From Waterburya sp. (GTDB lineage Bacteria; Cyanobacteriota; Cyanobacteriia; Cyanobacteriales; Xenococcaceae), in contig CBDCJV010000002.1 in NCBI GenBank assembly GCA_965217895.1, positions 1,088,001-1,152,000 of the forward strand: DNA of 64,000 nucleotides, read 5' to 3'. This document shows positions 51,095 through 60,798 of this stretch, piece after piece. The stretch's first letter is position 1. Each line of letters begins with the position of its first letter. The notes under the pieces were generated by a model. The model had not been told where the DNA came from. It ran no database searches and saw only the letters and a program-made list of their open reading frames with translations. A program made the position numbers and the translations under genes.

Positions 51095-53541
51095 TAGTTA
51101 ACAGATTTAGCTAAATCAATAATTTTGTCACAGCGAAAATGCTCCACTAAAGTTTCTAATCCTTGAGCCAGGGATTCATATTCAGCGGGAATTTCTGTTA
51201 GTAGCTGATGGATTTCCTGGTTATCTACCTTCGTAGCTGCCTCATATAATTGCGATCGCCATTTTAAAGACATCACCGTTAAATCTTCAGCGGTCAAATC
51301 CCGAAGTGATGATTGCTCATAGGTGGAAATTCCTTTACCATCTTCATAAAGATACTCAACTTTTAGATACTGTCCTATTTTTGTTAATAATTCATGGTCA
51401 TGAAATGGTTTACGCATAAAATCATCACATCCAGCAGATAAAACTTCGACTTTTTCTTCCTCAAAAGCACTGGCAGTTAGGGCGATAATAATCGTTTTTT
51501 TGCCTGAAGGCTGGGATTTGATTCGCTTGGTTGCTTCATAGCCATCCATTACGGGCATTCTCATATCCATTAAAATTAGATCGGGATGCCACTCCTGCCA
51601 TTTCGCGATCGCTTCTTGACCATTGCTAGCTTCTTGGACAGCATAACCAATTGTTGTCAGCAATTTTGTTAAGAGCAAGCGACTAGGCGCAACATCATCT
51701 ACGGCTAAAATGCGATATTGTTGCTGACCTGGAACTAAACTGATAATTTTTTTCTCAACCGAACCTATGCTAGTTGTTTCAGGCATTTGTACATCCTTGG
51801 TTCTCACTAAGATATCAAAGTAGAAAACACTTCCTTTGCCTACAGTACTTTTAACCTTAAGCTCTCCTCCCATCAACTCGGCAAATTTATGACAGATAGA
51901 CAAACCTAAGCCTGTTCCTTCATTGGAAATACGTCCTATCTCCGTCTGTTCAAAAGGAGAAAACAGCCGACTCATTTCGATTGGTTCAATACCAGGGCCA
52001 GTATCTTCAACGGCAAAATACAAAGAATAGGTATCAGAGAAAAGAAAGTCAATTTGATTTTCTTTTGATTTATTACTATCGTTTAGCTTAACTACTAATG
52101 TAATTGAACCTTGATTAGTAAATTTGATCGCATTACCCAGCAGGTTAATCATAATCTGACGTAACTTTCCTTCATCAGTAAAAATAAACTGGGGAACATT
52201 GCGGTCTATATTAAAAACTAACGCTAAATTTTTTGCTTTGGCTTTAAGCCTAAGCATTTCTTCTAAGCTACTCAGCATTGTGTATAGGTCAAATTTGGTT
52301 TCGTTAAGGGTAATTTGACCTACTTCTATTTTGGACATTTCTAAAATGTCATTGATTAATCTAAGTAAATGTTCTCCGCTACGGTTAATAATTTTGAGAT
52401 TCTCTTGATGTTCTGACTCTAGTGAAGAATCACGACACATAAGCTGAGTAAAACCCAAAATTGCATTTAGAGGCGTACGCAATTCATGACTCATATTTGC
52501 CAAAAATTTGCTTTTAGCTTTGTTGGCATTTTGTGCCTGTGCTAATGCTGCCTCGGTGTTTTGAATACTATCTTCTAATTGGGCAGTTCTTTGTTCTACT
52601 TTTGTTTCTAATTCTTGGGTAAAGCTTTCTAAAACCTTAACAATATTGCGATTTGTCCGCGCTAAATGGCTAATAATTCGATAAGCTACAAAAACCGTAA
52701 TAGCTAAAATAAATAAGCTACTTAATAATCGATAAATATCAATTTTATTTAAAGATCGTTGATATTGTGCTAAATAATATTCTTCTATTAACTGTAGTTT
52801 TTTATTAAGATCGATTGATTCTATTTGTTTGAATATGCTGTTGATCTCTTGCTTTTGATTAATTAAGGTTTTGCTATAATCAACAAATCCAGTAATAACG
52901 ATTTTATCCTGAGCAAATTCTTCTTGTTTGAGCAAGTTTTCAATTCTAATAATATGTCCTTGAATAGTTGAGCTTAGGTCACTGTTTTGTCCTTGACAAT
53001 ATAAAATAGAGGTACTTAATAAATCATTTACCAAAGACACTAGACTACTATCTGATGGTAGATTATTACCAAGTATTTGCGGATTAGTAGTTAGCTCATT
53101 TTTTAGTTGAGGAATATAAGTACAAGATTGATTTAAGGCGATTTGGTAATTTTCTAATTGTTCAATAAGTTTACTTTTAGAAGCAAGTAGTGCTGATTCA
53201 GTCTCTAATTTACTCTTTAAAATATTTTGCTGTTCTTGATTTAGAAAACTCGGTGTTTCTTGTAGCTTGCTAATTGCTGAATTGGTAAAAGCCCACTGTA
53301 AATCTAGACTATCATCTAATTCTGAGGTTAAATATTTTGACTTTAACAGCTTTTTTTCTAAATCAAATACCTCTTGTCTTGCTGCTTGAATAGCTTGCTG
53401 ATATTCATTTGCTTTTTGTTGGTTCAAGGGCAAACTCTGCTTAATTAAAAAAAACATCAGTAGACTGCTAAATCCGCCAACAATAATATAAAAATATATC
53501 CATAGCGAATCCTGTGGTTTTTTCTGAGAAAATAAACTCAA
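51094..53541 (-). CDS. Hybrid sensor histidine kinase (helical periplasmic sensor, HisKA, HATPase, REC)
   Basis: Two TM segments, FLANMSHELRTPLN, NLLGNAIKFT, DTGPG, GTGLGL and DMRMPVMDG. TTG start is uncertain; the stop overlaps the next ATG. Confidence 0.93.
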   Translation of the reverse strand: MSLFSQKKPQDSLWIYFYIIVGGFSSLLMFFLIKQSLPLNQQKANEYQQAIQAARQEVFDLEKKLLKSKYLTSELDDSLDLQWAFTNSAISKLQETPSFLNQEQQNILKSKLETESALLASKSKLIEQLENYQIALNQSCTYIPQLKNELTTNPQILGNNLPSDSSLVSLVNDLLSTSILYCQGQNSDLSSTIQGHIIRIENLLKQEEFAQDKIVITGFVDYSKTLINQKQEINSIFKQIESIDLNKKLQLIEEYYLAQYQRSLNKIDIYRLLSSLFILAITVFVAYRIISHLARTNRNIVKVLESFTQELETKVEQRTAQLEDSIQNTEAALAQAQNANKAKSKFLANMSHELRTPLNAILGFTQLMCRDSSLESEHQENLKIINRSGEHLLRLINDILEMSKIEVGQITLNETKFDLYTMLSSLEEMLRLKAKAKNLALVFNIDRNVPQFIFTDEGKLRQIMINLLGNAIKFTNQGSITLVVKLNDSNKSKENQIDFLFSDTYSLYFAVEDTGPGIEPIEMSRLFSPFEQTEIGRISNEGTGLGLSICHKFAELMGGELKVKSTVGKGSVFYFDILVRTKDVQMPETTSIGSVEKKIISLVPGQQQYRILAVDDVAPSRLLLTKLLTTIGYAVQEASNGQEAIAKWQEWHPDLILMDMRMPVMDGYEATKRIKSQPSGKKTIIIALTASAFEEEKVEVLSAGCDDFMRKPFHDHELLTKIGQYLKVEYLYEDGKGISTYEQSSLRDLTAEDLTVMSLKWRSQLYEAATKVDNQEIHQLLTEIPAEYESLAQGLETLVEHFRCDKIIDLAKSVN

Positions 53542-53954
53542 AATTTGTTTCCTAACTAGTGACTAAACTTTGATAATACTTTGATGGTCTATTTACTTAA
53601 TTAATAATGAGTTACCAAAAAACAGAACAATCAAAGTCACAGATTACTCCGCCACGTTCGATATAAACAGACTAAGCTTGCTGTGACCGTCGAGCAATTT
53701 TCTACTATCGAAAAATAGTAATTTTTAAATATGTTAAATCTAGTACTAAGAAAATATACTTTGATTTATAGGTGATCTACAAAATAACCTTTGCTATTAA
53801 CAAGTGTAAATACGGGAATTCTCGGAAATTAAAACCATTGAAGACTTATAACAATTAATATACGAATTCGTTTAGAGCGATCGCACTGGCTCAAGTTAAG
53901 GCTGCGATCGCTAATCTACTAGCAAAAGCACTAGCATTACTTAGATTTTGCAGA

Positions 53955-54052
53955 TAAAGCAATACGTACTTATATTAGGACACTTGTTACTTGTTACTTG
54001 TTACTTACGAGAAGTTCATTTTTCTGTCATAACCAGTCAATGTAATGCGATA
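53955..54052 (+). mobile_element. MITE-like repeat, copy D, with internal TTGTTAC x3
   Basis: AGCAATACGTACTTATATTAGGACACTTG is identical to copy C; 3' end TAACCAGTCAATGTAATGCGATA. Confidence 0.75.
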
Positions 54053-54170
54053 AATAGCTGTACAGGAATTAAATAAAATGCAACAAGTCTATAAAAGCTA
54101 TAGGGTTTTAACCGACAATTTTATCAGGGTGAACTGAGTTGGAATAATATCCTCAAATGTTGTACCTCAA

Positions 54171-55067
54171 CTATTTCTCCTCAAAATGAAAATGCTGCTT
54201 AAAAAACTCAGTAAATAGTCCGATCTTAGTATTCAAATGTCGATTTAAAGGATAGATAAGACAAAGAGAAATTGCTGGTGGTTGATAGTCGGGTAAGACG
54301 ATTTTCAGAGTTTCTGCTTCTAGTTCTTGTTTAATAATAAAGGTGGGCAACAGAGCAATACCTAAACCTTTAACGGCTGCATCTTTTAATACCTCGCCAT
54401 TATTAGAACAAAATACGCCCTTAACTGTCACCCGATACTCTTGCTTATTGTTAATTAATTGCCATTGGTTTCCTGTTACTATCTGCCCATAATGCAGACA
54501 GGAATGCTCCCTTAACTCTAAAGGATGATTGGGTAGTCCACGGCGGTTGAGATAGCCACCAGAAGCACAAAGAACTCTAGATATAGGAGCGATCGCCTGA
54601 CATACTAGGCTGGAAGATGTCTCAGGTTGGGAGATTCTAATGGTTAGATCGTATCCTTCGGCAATTGGATCGATAAAGCGATCGTCTAGAGTTAACTGTA
54701 CCTGCAAATCTGGGTATTGAGCCATAAATTTGGCGATCGCCTTGCCTAAATGTAAAGTACCAAAGGACATCGGCGCATTAATTTTTAGCGTTCCTTTTGG
54801 TTCTGTTTGTAGCTGCGATACGGCAATTTCTGCTGTTTCCACCTCCGCTAATATATTGACGCATCGTTCATAAAAAGCTAGCCCTGTGGGTGTGGGATTA
54901 ACCTGACGGGTGCTGCGCTGTAGTAGCTGTACTTTTAATTCATTTTCTAAGTTGATTACTAGCTTATTTACAGTTGAACGGGATACGTTCATCTTTCTCG
55001 CAGCAGCAGCAAAGCCACCTGAGCGTACTACTTGAGCAAAGGCTTCCATACTGGCAAACTTATCCAT
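54171..55067 (-). CDS. LysR family transcriptional regulator, divergent from pirin
   Basis: [27 protein letters not shown] and a CrgA-like substrate-binding domain. Confidence 0.93.
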   Translation of the reverse strand: MDKFASMEAFAQVVRSGGFAAAARKMNVSRSTVNKLVINLENELKVQLLQRSTRQVNPTPTGLAFYERCVNILAEVETAEIAVSQLQTEPKGTLKINAPMSFGTLHLGKAIAKFMAQYPDLQVQLTLDDRFIDPIAEGYDLTIRISQPETSSSLVCQAIAPISRVLCASGGYLNRRGLPNHPLELREHSCLHYGQIVTGNQWQLINNKQEYRVTVKGVFCSNNGEVLKDAAVKGLGIALLPTFIIKQELEAETLKIVLPDYQPPAISLCLIYPLNRHLNTKIGLFTEFFKQHFHFEEK

Positions 55068-55173
55068 AGATTGTAGAAAAAATAGATACAATACGTCCAT
55101 TAAATATCATATTGTCTTTTATTTTAAGCTGATTCATAATATTTATATAAGCTTAAAAAGGAGGTCAAACCAG

Positions 55174-55878
55174 ATGATTACTATTCGTCCTCAAGCAGAA
55201 AGGGGTACAGCCAACTTTAGCTGGCTAGATAGCAAACATAGCTTTTCTTTTGGCAACTATTACGATCCACAACAGATGGGTTTTGCCAGCTTACGAGTAA
55301 TCAATGAAGACAAAATAATACCAGGTAAAGGTTTTGGTACTCACGGACATCAAGACATGGAAATTATCTCTTATGTCCTCTCAGGAGAATTGGCACATAA
55401 AGATAGTATGGGCAATGGTTCAATAATTCGCCCAGGAAACGTGCAGCGAATGTCCGCGGGGACAGGGGTTAGGCACAGCGAATTTAATGCTTCAGACACC
55501 GAGCCTGTTCATTTGTTACAAATCTGGATTATGCCAGAGCAAAGAAGCTTAAAACCTAGCTATGAAGAAAAAAACTTTGCCCCTGAAGCAAAACAAGGCA
55601 AACTAAAATTGGTAGGTTCAAAAGATGGGCGAGACAACTCCGTAACTATTCATCAAGATGTAGATCTTTATTTAGCTAGCTTAACTTCTAGCGATCGCTT
55701 AATTCACGAAATCAAAAATGACCGTGTAGCTTGGCTACAGGTAGCAAAAGGAGCAGTGTTGCTAAACGAAAAACTACTCCAGGCTGGAGATGGTGCTGCC
55801 ATCACTGATGAAACTAAAATTGCGATCGCTGGAAATGATCGAGACAGTGAAGTATTACTGTTTGATATGGCAAGGTAA
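55174..55878 (+). CDS. Pirin family protein (YhhW-like)
   Basis: WLDS.HSFSF..YYDP, LRVINED, GFGTH.H.DMEI, MSAGTGV.HSE and LQIWI.P. Confidence 0.95.
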   Translation: MITIRPQAERGTANFSWLDSKHSFSFGNYYDPQQMGFASLRVINEDKIIPGKGFGTHGHQDMEIISYVLSGELAHKDSMGNGSIIRPGNVQRMSAGTGVRHSEFNASDTEPVHLLQIWIMPEQRSLKPSYEEKNFAPEAKQGKLKLVGSKDGRDNSVTIHQDVDLYLASLTSSDRLIHEIKNDRVAWLQVAKGAVLLNEKLLQAGDGAAITDETKIAIAGNDRDSEVLLFDMAR

Positions 55879-55942
55879 ACGAAGATAATTACTTTTTCTT
55901 TTACCCGTTGCCTTTTCAATACTATTTCATTTAAGCTCACAT

Positions 55943-56839
55943 TTAAGGTATGGGGGGAAGTTCTGATTTCCCCTCTGTTGGTGAATCCTTAAAATTAGAA
56001 ACCATCTCCTGTATTTGCGGATTGTTCAAAAACTTGCGGGTATCTTCAATTAACTTTTCTCCCCAAAGGTTGTCTTGTAAAAATTGAATATCTGCATAGC
56101 GATTATCAATTGCTAAAGCTGCCTTACCCAATTCAATCCCTTTTTTGACATCTCCCTCGGTAAACAGAGCTACAGCCAAAGCTAGTTGAGGCTCTGGCTG
56201 TTTGCCGTCTACTTTAAGTACAGACTGCCATTTCTCAATTGCTTTTTCGCGATCGCCTTGTTCGTATTCTACCAAACCCACATTATTCAGTGCAGGCCAA
56301 AAAGTTGCTTCTTGAGCAAAAGCTGTTTCATAGGATTCGATTGCTTGGTCAAACTCAGATAATTTGAGGTAGGTATTACCCAAATCAAATAATGCTTCTG
56401 GGGAATTTTGCTTTATTTTTAAGCCTGCTTCTAGCTTATCTCTGGCTGCTTCATAATCACCTTGCTGAAAATAAGCATTACCCAAACTAAATAAAATACC
56501 TTCTTCTTCTTTTGGGGCAAGAGCTTCCGCCTTTTCTAAAGCTTTTACACCTTTGTTAAGCTTTTTTTCTTGAACATACAGACTTCCAAGAATAAACCAG
56601 GTTTCGTAGTTGCCAGAAGCTAACTGAGTCGCTAATTCGGCTCTAGGTAATGCTAGGTCGTACTGTTGAAAGCGAATTAGCTGTACTGCGTCTTGAAGCA
56701 GCTGTAGCCCCTGTGCTTCTAGTTTTCCAGAATCTAGCTTGGGTATATATGGTAGTACGGCTTGTCCTCTAACTGGCAAAGATATACTAGTAATGCCAGC
56801 GCAAGCTATCAAAGAAATCAACCAGTTAAGTTTAGACAC
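55943..56839 (-). CDS. Tetratricopeptide repeat protein with signal peptide
   Basis: Several TPR-like units (W..LG..Y, LGNAY, LGNTY, NNVGLVEY); GTG start. Confidence 0.85.
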   Translation of the reverse strand: MSKLNWLISLIACAGITSISLPVRGQAVLPYIPKLDSGKLEAQGLQLLQDAVQLIRFQQYDLALPRAELATQLASGNYETWFILGSLYVQEKKLNKGVKALEKAEALAPKEEEGILFSLGNAYFQQGDYEAARDKLEAGLKIKQNSPEALFDLGNTYLKLSEFDQAIESYETAFAQEATFWPALNNVGLVEYEQGDREKAIEKWQSVLKVDGKQPEPQLALAVALFTEGDVKKGIELGKAALAIDNRYADIQFLQDNLWGEKLIEDTRKFLNNPQIQEMVSNFKDSPTEGKSELPPIP

Positions 56840-57069
56840 AGTAATATTTCAATTTATAAGTTCTTAATATTCACAAGTTACTTCATTGTCTAGCAGAACG
56901 GCAAATTTTCTCCAGACTTTTATAGTTAATTGAATAATCAAAGCCCCTGCAAATCATAATTTATAAATATTTTAATAGACCTCTGACTTAAATATACGCC
57001 TTTTAAATCTGAGTTATGAAAATATCTTGCGTCTAATGCAAATTAGCGGTTTAATTTGTTTCTTAGGAG

Positions 57070-58788
57070 TTAATAATTAAAACTATCTTCTAAGCGATCG
57101 AGCATTAAATCATCAGAACTAGGATTACGCCACAGTTGGTTTAATCCACTAGCGGGCATTGTTAAATATAAAATGTCTTGAGGCTGCAAGGATATTTCTA
57201 ATAATTGCCAATTATGTAAGGTTTGATTTTTTCTTTCTAAGTATAAAGGCACAAAATCTCCTTTAATTGCTGCGGTTTCCACAGTCTGACCGAAGAATGG
57301 ATGTCTTGGCGTAATCATGGTTGCCAAAGCTACCCAGAGCAAATCTTGAGTCATCCCATTGCCTAAAATTCTGCCTCCTAAAGCTGCTGCTGCAAAGGAA
57401 TAGGTGGCAAGCTCTACAGGAGACAAAACATGGTCAAATTCAAATACCTCCTGCATTGATTGAGCAAACTGAGGATCGCCACTACGCACTACGGTTTTGA
57501 TGTACGGCGACAATGCTTTGGCAGTAAGACTAATCTCTAGGTTGGCTGTATCATGACTAGTAATGGCAATTAAACTGGTAGCGCGTTTGATGTTGACTGC
57601 CTTGAGAGTTGAGGGCATACTAGCATCTTCTATAATTACGGGAATGCCTCTAGAACGGGCAGAACGCAAAAAACGGTTATTTGGATCGGATTCGATCACT
57701 ACTACTTCGTGTCCCTGGGCATGAAGTTGATGGGCTACCTTGATTCCTAATCCACCTAAACCACAGACAATATGGTGATTTTGCCGAGGAATTCTAGCTG
57801 CATCTAATGTTTGCCGAAAACGACTACCCAAAACAAAATCATTGATCAAAGCGTAACAGATACCAATTACTCCCGCACCAACAATCATCATGATTGCCGT
57901 AAAAACCTTGATATAATTAGAACCTGATTCAGCAACTTCTTCTTTTCCTCCTGCGCCAGTAATCATGCCCACAGAAAAATAAAGCGCATCAGCTAGGGAA
58001 ATCTGTTGATTAACGCTGACGTAAATTAGGGTGGCAATAAAAATCACCGTTAATAAAGCAAGGCTGACTAAAGTTACGGGACGAGCATAATGCTGATAAC
58101 GAGGAAGATTTAAAATTGCTTTTAATATTTTTTTCTGCCAAGATCGACGTTTGGTGACAACATTGGGTTTTGTGCCGACGATTAAGCGATCGCCTAACTG
58201 TAGACGACTACCCTGTTTGACTGCCGAAACTAAATCTGTTTCTCCTTTGACGGGCAGGTAGTAAATCAGCATACGGTTGGGGTTATCCCAGAGTTCATTT
58301 AGTTTTATACCTAACCAGGGATGATCGAGATCGATAATTTCTTCTTGTATGGGCCAAGTACGATTAAATAACTGTAGTTGACCAATAGCTTTATTACCCA
58401 AGGCTGCAAAGGTGAACAGTGGGGCAGAAAGAGCAGCCACGCTCATTGTAAAGTGATCTGGTAAGGTCAAATCCAGGCGATCGCCTAGAGTATGATTTAA
58501 AAGGCGATTGATAATTCTAATCTGGGGATTTAAAACTCTCGCCTGGGTCAAAATAGCTAAGTTTAAGGCATCATCATCATTAACTAAAACTAAAGTCGTG
58601 GCGTGTCTAATTCCTGCTTGAATTAGGGTGGTGTTGTTGCGTGGGTCGCCAACAATAATTTGTTTACTGGGAAACCTATCTACTGGACGTTCACTAACGG
58701 CTACGACTTCTGCACCTTGTTGTTTTAACAAACTGTATATTTTAGAACCAGTACGCCCTAAGCCACAAACAATAATCTTGGGTTGCAT
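57070..58788 (-). CDS. Potassium channel family protein with TrkA-N (RCK) domains
   Basis: Two IVCGLG..G motifs and a channel segment DALYFSVGMITGAGG. Confidence 0.88.
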   Translation of the reverse strand: MQPKIIVCGLGRTGSKIYSLLKQQGAEVVAVSERPVDRFPSKQIIVGDPRNNTTLIQAGIRHATTLVLVNDDDALNLAILTQARVLNPQIRIINRLLNHTLGDRLDLTLPDHFTMSVAALSAPLFTFAALGNKAIGQLQLFNRTWPIQEEIIDLDHPWLGIKLNELWDNPNRMLIYYLPVKGETDLVSAVKQGSRLQLGDRLIVGTKPNVVTKRRSWQKKILKAILNLPRYQHYARPVTLVSLALLTVIFIATLIYVSVNQQISLADALYFSVGMITGAGGKEEVAESGSNYIKVFTAIMMIVGAGVIGICYALINDFVLGSRFRQTLDAARIPRQNHHIVCGLGGLGIKVAHQLHAQGHEVVVIESDPNNRFLRSARSRGIPVIIEDASMPSTLKAVNIKRATSLIAITSHDTANLEISLTAKALSPYIKTVVRSGDPQFAQSMQEVFEFDHVLSPVELATYSFAAAALGGRILGNGMTQDLLWVALATMITPRHPFFGQTVETAAIKGDFVPLYLERKNQTLHNWQLLEISLQPQDILYLTMPASGLNQLWRNPSSDDLMLDRLEDSFNY

Positions 58789-59364
58789 AAGCTTTTTCGT
58801 AGAGCATGGGAATGTATTTGCTCTGACTATAATTAATTGTCTTTAACTATGAATGCTCTTGCTGTATACCTGCACACTTTCTTAAGAGATGTGGTAAACA
58901 GCTATTGGATGAACGAGAACAATAGCTTGATTCAGGTCAAGCGTGAAATTTACAAGCCCCTTGCACAAATGTAGTGGAAACAAGGGATGGAATAGCGATC
59001 GCTTATTTTATATAACGTCAGTTCGACGAAAGCTTGGAAAGAAAAAAAGGCTGAGACATAAACTCGTATTAAAGCATAGTTCGAGTATCTCAGCGTTTTG
59101 ATCAGCGTATATGCGGAAATGCGCCTTTGTGTTGCACTTGCTAACGGCGACTCACCGCTAGTTACATGATGACATCAGCATTAAATCTAGTTTTTTCCCT
59201 TTCTTACCTCGTTAATTTTTACTGGTACGAGGACAGTTTGGGTTTCAACGCTAGCAACAGCTATTAAACTTACTAGCAATAGACCGATTAAAAACATAAT
59301 GATTATTCTCTTAGTTTAGTGTTCAGTGTTGGCTTTAAATTGAGATTGGAGTGATATCTTAATT

Positions 59365-59402
59365 AAAAAGCGTCTCTATTATTTAGAAGAGACGCTTTTT
59401 TC
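59365..59402 (-). terminator. psbA terminator (bidirectional hairpin)
   Basis: AAAAAGCGTCTCT...AGAGACGCTTTTT, about 45 nt past the psbA stop. Confidence 0.8.
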
Positions 59403-59444
59403 AGACCTTATTCAAGATTTAAGGTTTTGTTAGTGACTTTAACC

Positions 59445-60527
59445 TTAACCGTTGATAGCAGGAGCAGTTAGTGCTACAGGAGCAATATCGCCACTGGCTA
59501 AGTCAAGCGGGAAGTTGTGAGCGTTACGTTCGTGCATGACCTCAAAACCTAGGTTGGCTCGGTTCAAGATGTCTGCCCATGTGTTGACTACACGACCCTG
59601 TGAATCCATTACCGACTGGTTGAAGTTAAATCCATTCAGGTTGAACGCCATGGTGGATATTCCCATTGCTGTGAACCAGATGCCGATTACTGGCCATGCT
59701 CCTAAGAAGAAGTGCAAGGCACGTGAGTTGTTGAAACTTGCGTACTGGAAGATTAGACGACCGAAGTAGCCGTGGGCTGCGACGATGTTGTATGTTTCTT
59801 CTTCTTGTCCGAATTTGTAGCCGTAGTTTTGTGATTCGCTTTCGGTTGTTTCACGTACCAAGGATGATGTTACCAACGAACCGTGCATGGCAGAGAATAA
59901 TGCTCCACCGAATACTCCTGCTACTCCTAACATGTGGAACGGGTGCATCAGGATGTTGTGTTCTGCTTGGAAGACTAACATGAAGTTGAATGTTCCAGAG
60001 ATACCCAGCGGCATACCATCAGAGAATGAACCTTGTCCTAGGGGATAGATTAGAAATACTGCTGTGGCTGCTGATACTGGTGCTGAGTAGGCTACACATA
60101 TCCAAGGACGCATTCCTAATCTGAATGATAGTTCCCACTGACGACCCAGGTATGAGAATACGCCGATCAGGAAGTGAAAGATTATCAGTTGGTATGGTCC
60201 ACCGTTATATAACCATTCGTCAAGTGATGCTGCTTCCCAAATTGGGTAGAAGTGAAGACCAATTGCATTGGAGCTAGGTACTACTGCACCTGAGATGATG
60301 TTGTTTCCGTATAGTAGCGAACCTGCTACAGGTTCACGGATGCCGTCGATGTCTACAGGGGGTGCTGCGACGAAGGCGATTAGGAAACAGGTTGTTGCTG
60401 CTAGGAGTGTCGGGATCATTAGGACTCCAAACCAACCGACATAGATGCGGTTGTTGGTGCTGGTGATCCACTGACAGAACCTTTCCCAGCTATTCTGGGT
60501 TTGGGTTTGTTGTAAAGTGGTTGTCAT
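59445..60527 (-). CDS. psbA: Photosystem II reaction centre D1 protein, standard form with Gln130
   Basis: Full 360-aa D1; Mn-cluster ligands D170, E189, H332, E333, D342 and A344 present. Confidence 0.99.
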   Translation of the reverse strand: MTTTLQQTQTQNSWERFCQWITSTNNRIYVGWFGVLMIPTLLAATTCFLIAFVAAPPVDIDGIREPVAGSLLYGNNIISGAVVPSSNAIGLHFYPIWEAASLDEWLYNGGPYQLIIFHFLIGVFSYLGRQWELSFRLGMRPWICVAYSAPVSAATAVFLIYPLGQGSFSDGMPLGISGTFNFMLVFQAEHNILMHPFHMLGVAGVFGGALFSAMHGSLVTSSLVRETTESESQNYGYKFGQEEETYNIVAAHGYFGRLIFQYASFNNSRALHFFLGAWPVIGIWFTAMGISTMAFNLNGFNFNQSVMDSQGRVVNTWADILNRANLGFEVMHERNAHNFPLDLASGDIAPVALTAPAING

Positions 60528-60621
60528 TTGTGTTTATGATTGCGTGTATATGTATTTAATGTTCTATTTCTAGAACCAGATGGAAACGAGAAAAATAATG
60601 TGTTTCTTCATCCATGTAACC

Positions 60622-60660
60622 AATATAGCTAAGTATTAATACTTTGTCAAGTTATGTAAC
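60622..60660 (-). promoter_or_regulatory. psbA promoter (-35 TTGACA, 17 nt, -10 TATATT) with an overlapping HLR1/RpaB-like direct repeat
   Basis: Minus strand reads GTTACATA-AC-TTGACAAA GTATTAATACTTAGC TATATT. Confidence 0.7.
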
Positions 60661-60798
60661 AATATTCTTGACTATATCTATCAGAAGTTATACATAATTT
60701 ATCGCTCTAAGCTTGTAACAGATAACTTCACTGCTACAACTATCACAAATAAATATGCCTACGTCTGAAGGATAGACTAAAAAAGACCTAATAAAAAT

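Noticed and set aside
59445..60527. Atypical D1 (rogue D1, chlorophyll f synthase or far-red D1)
   Set aside because: All Mn-cluster ligands and the processing site are canonical, and no FaRLiP genes are nearby.
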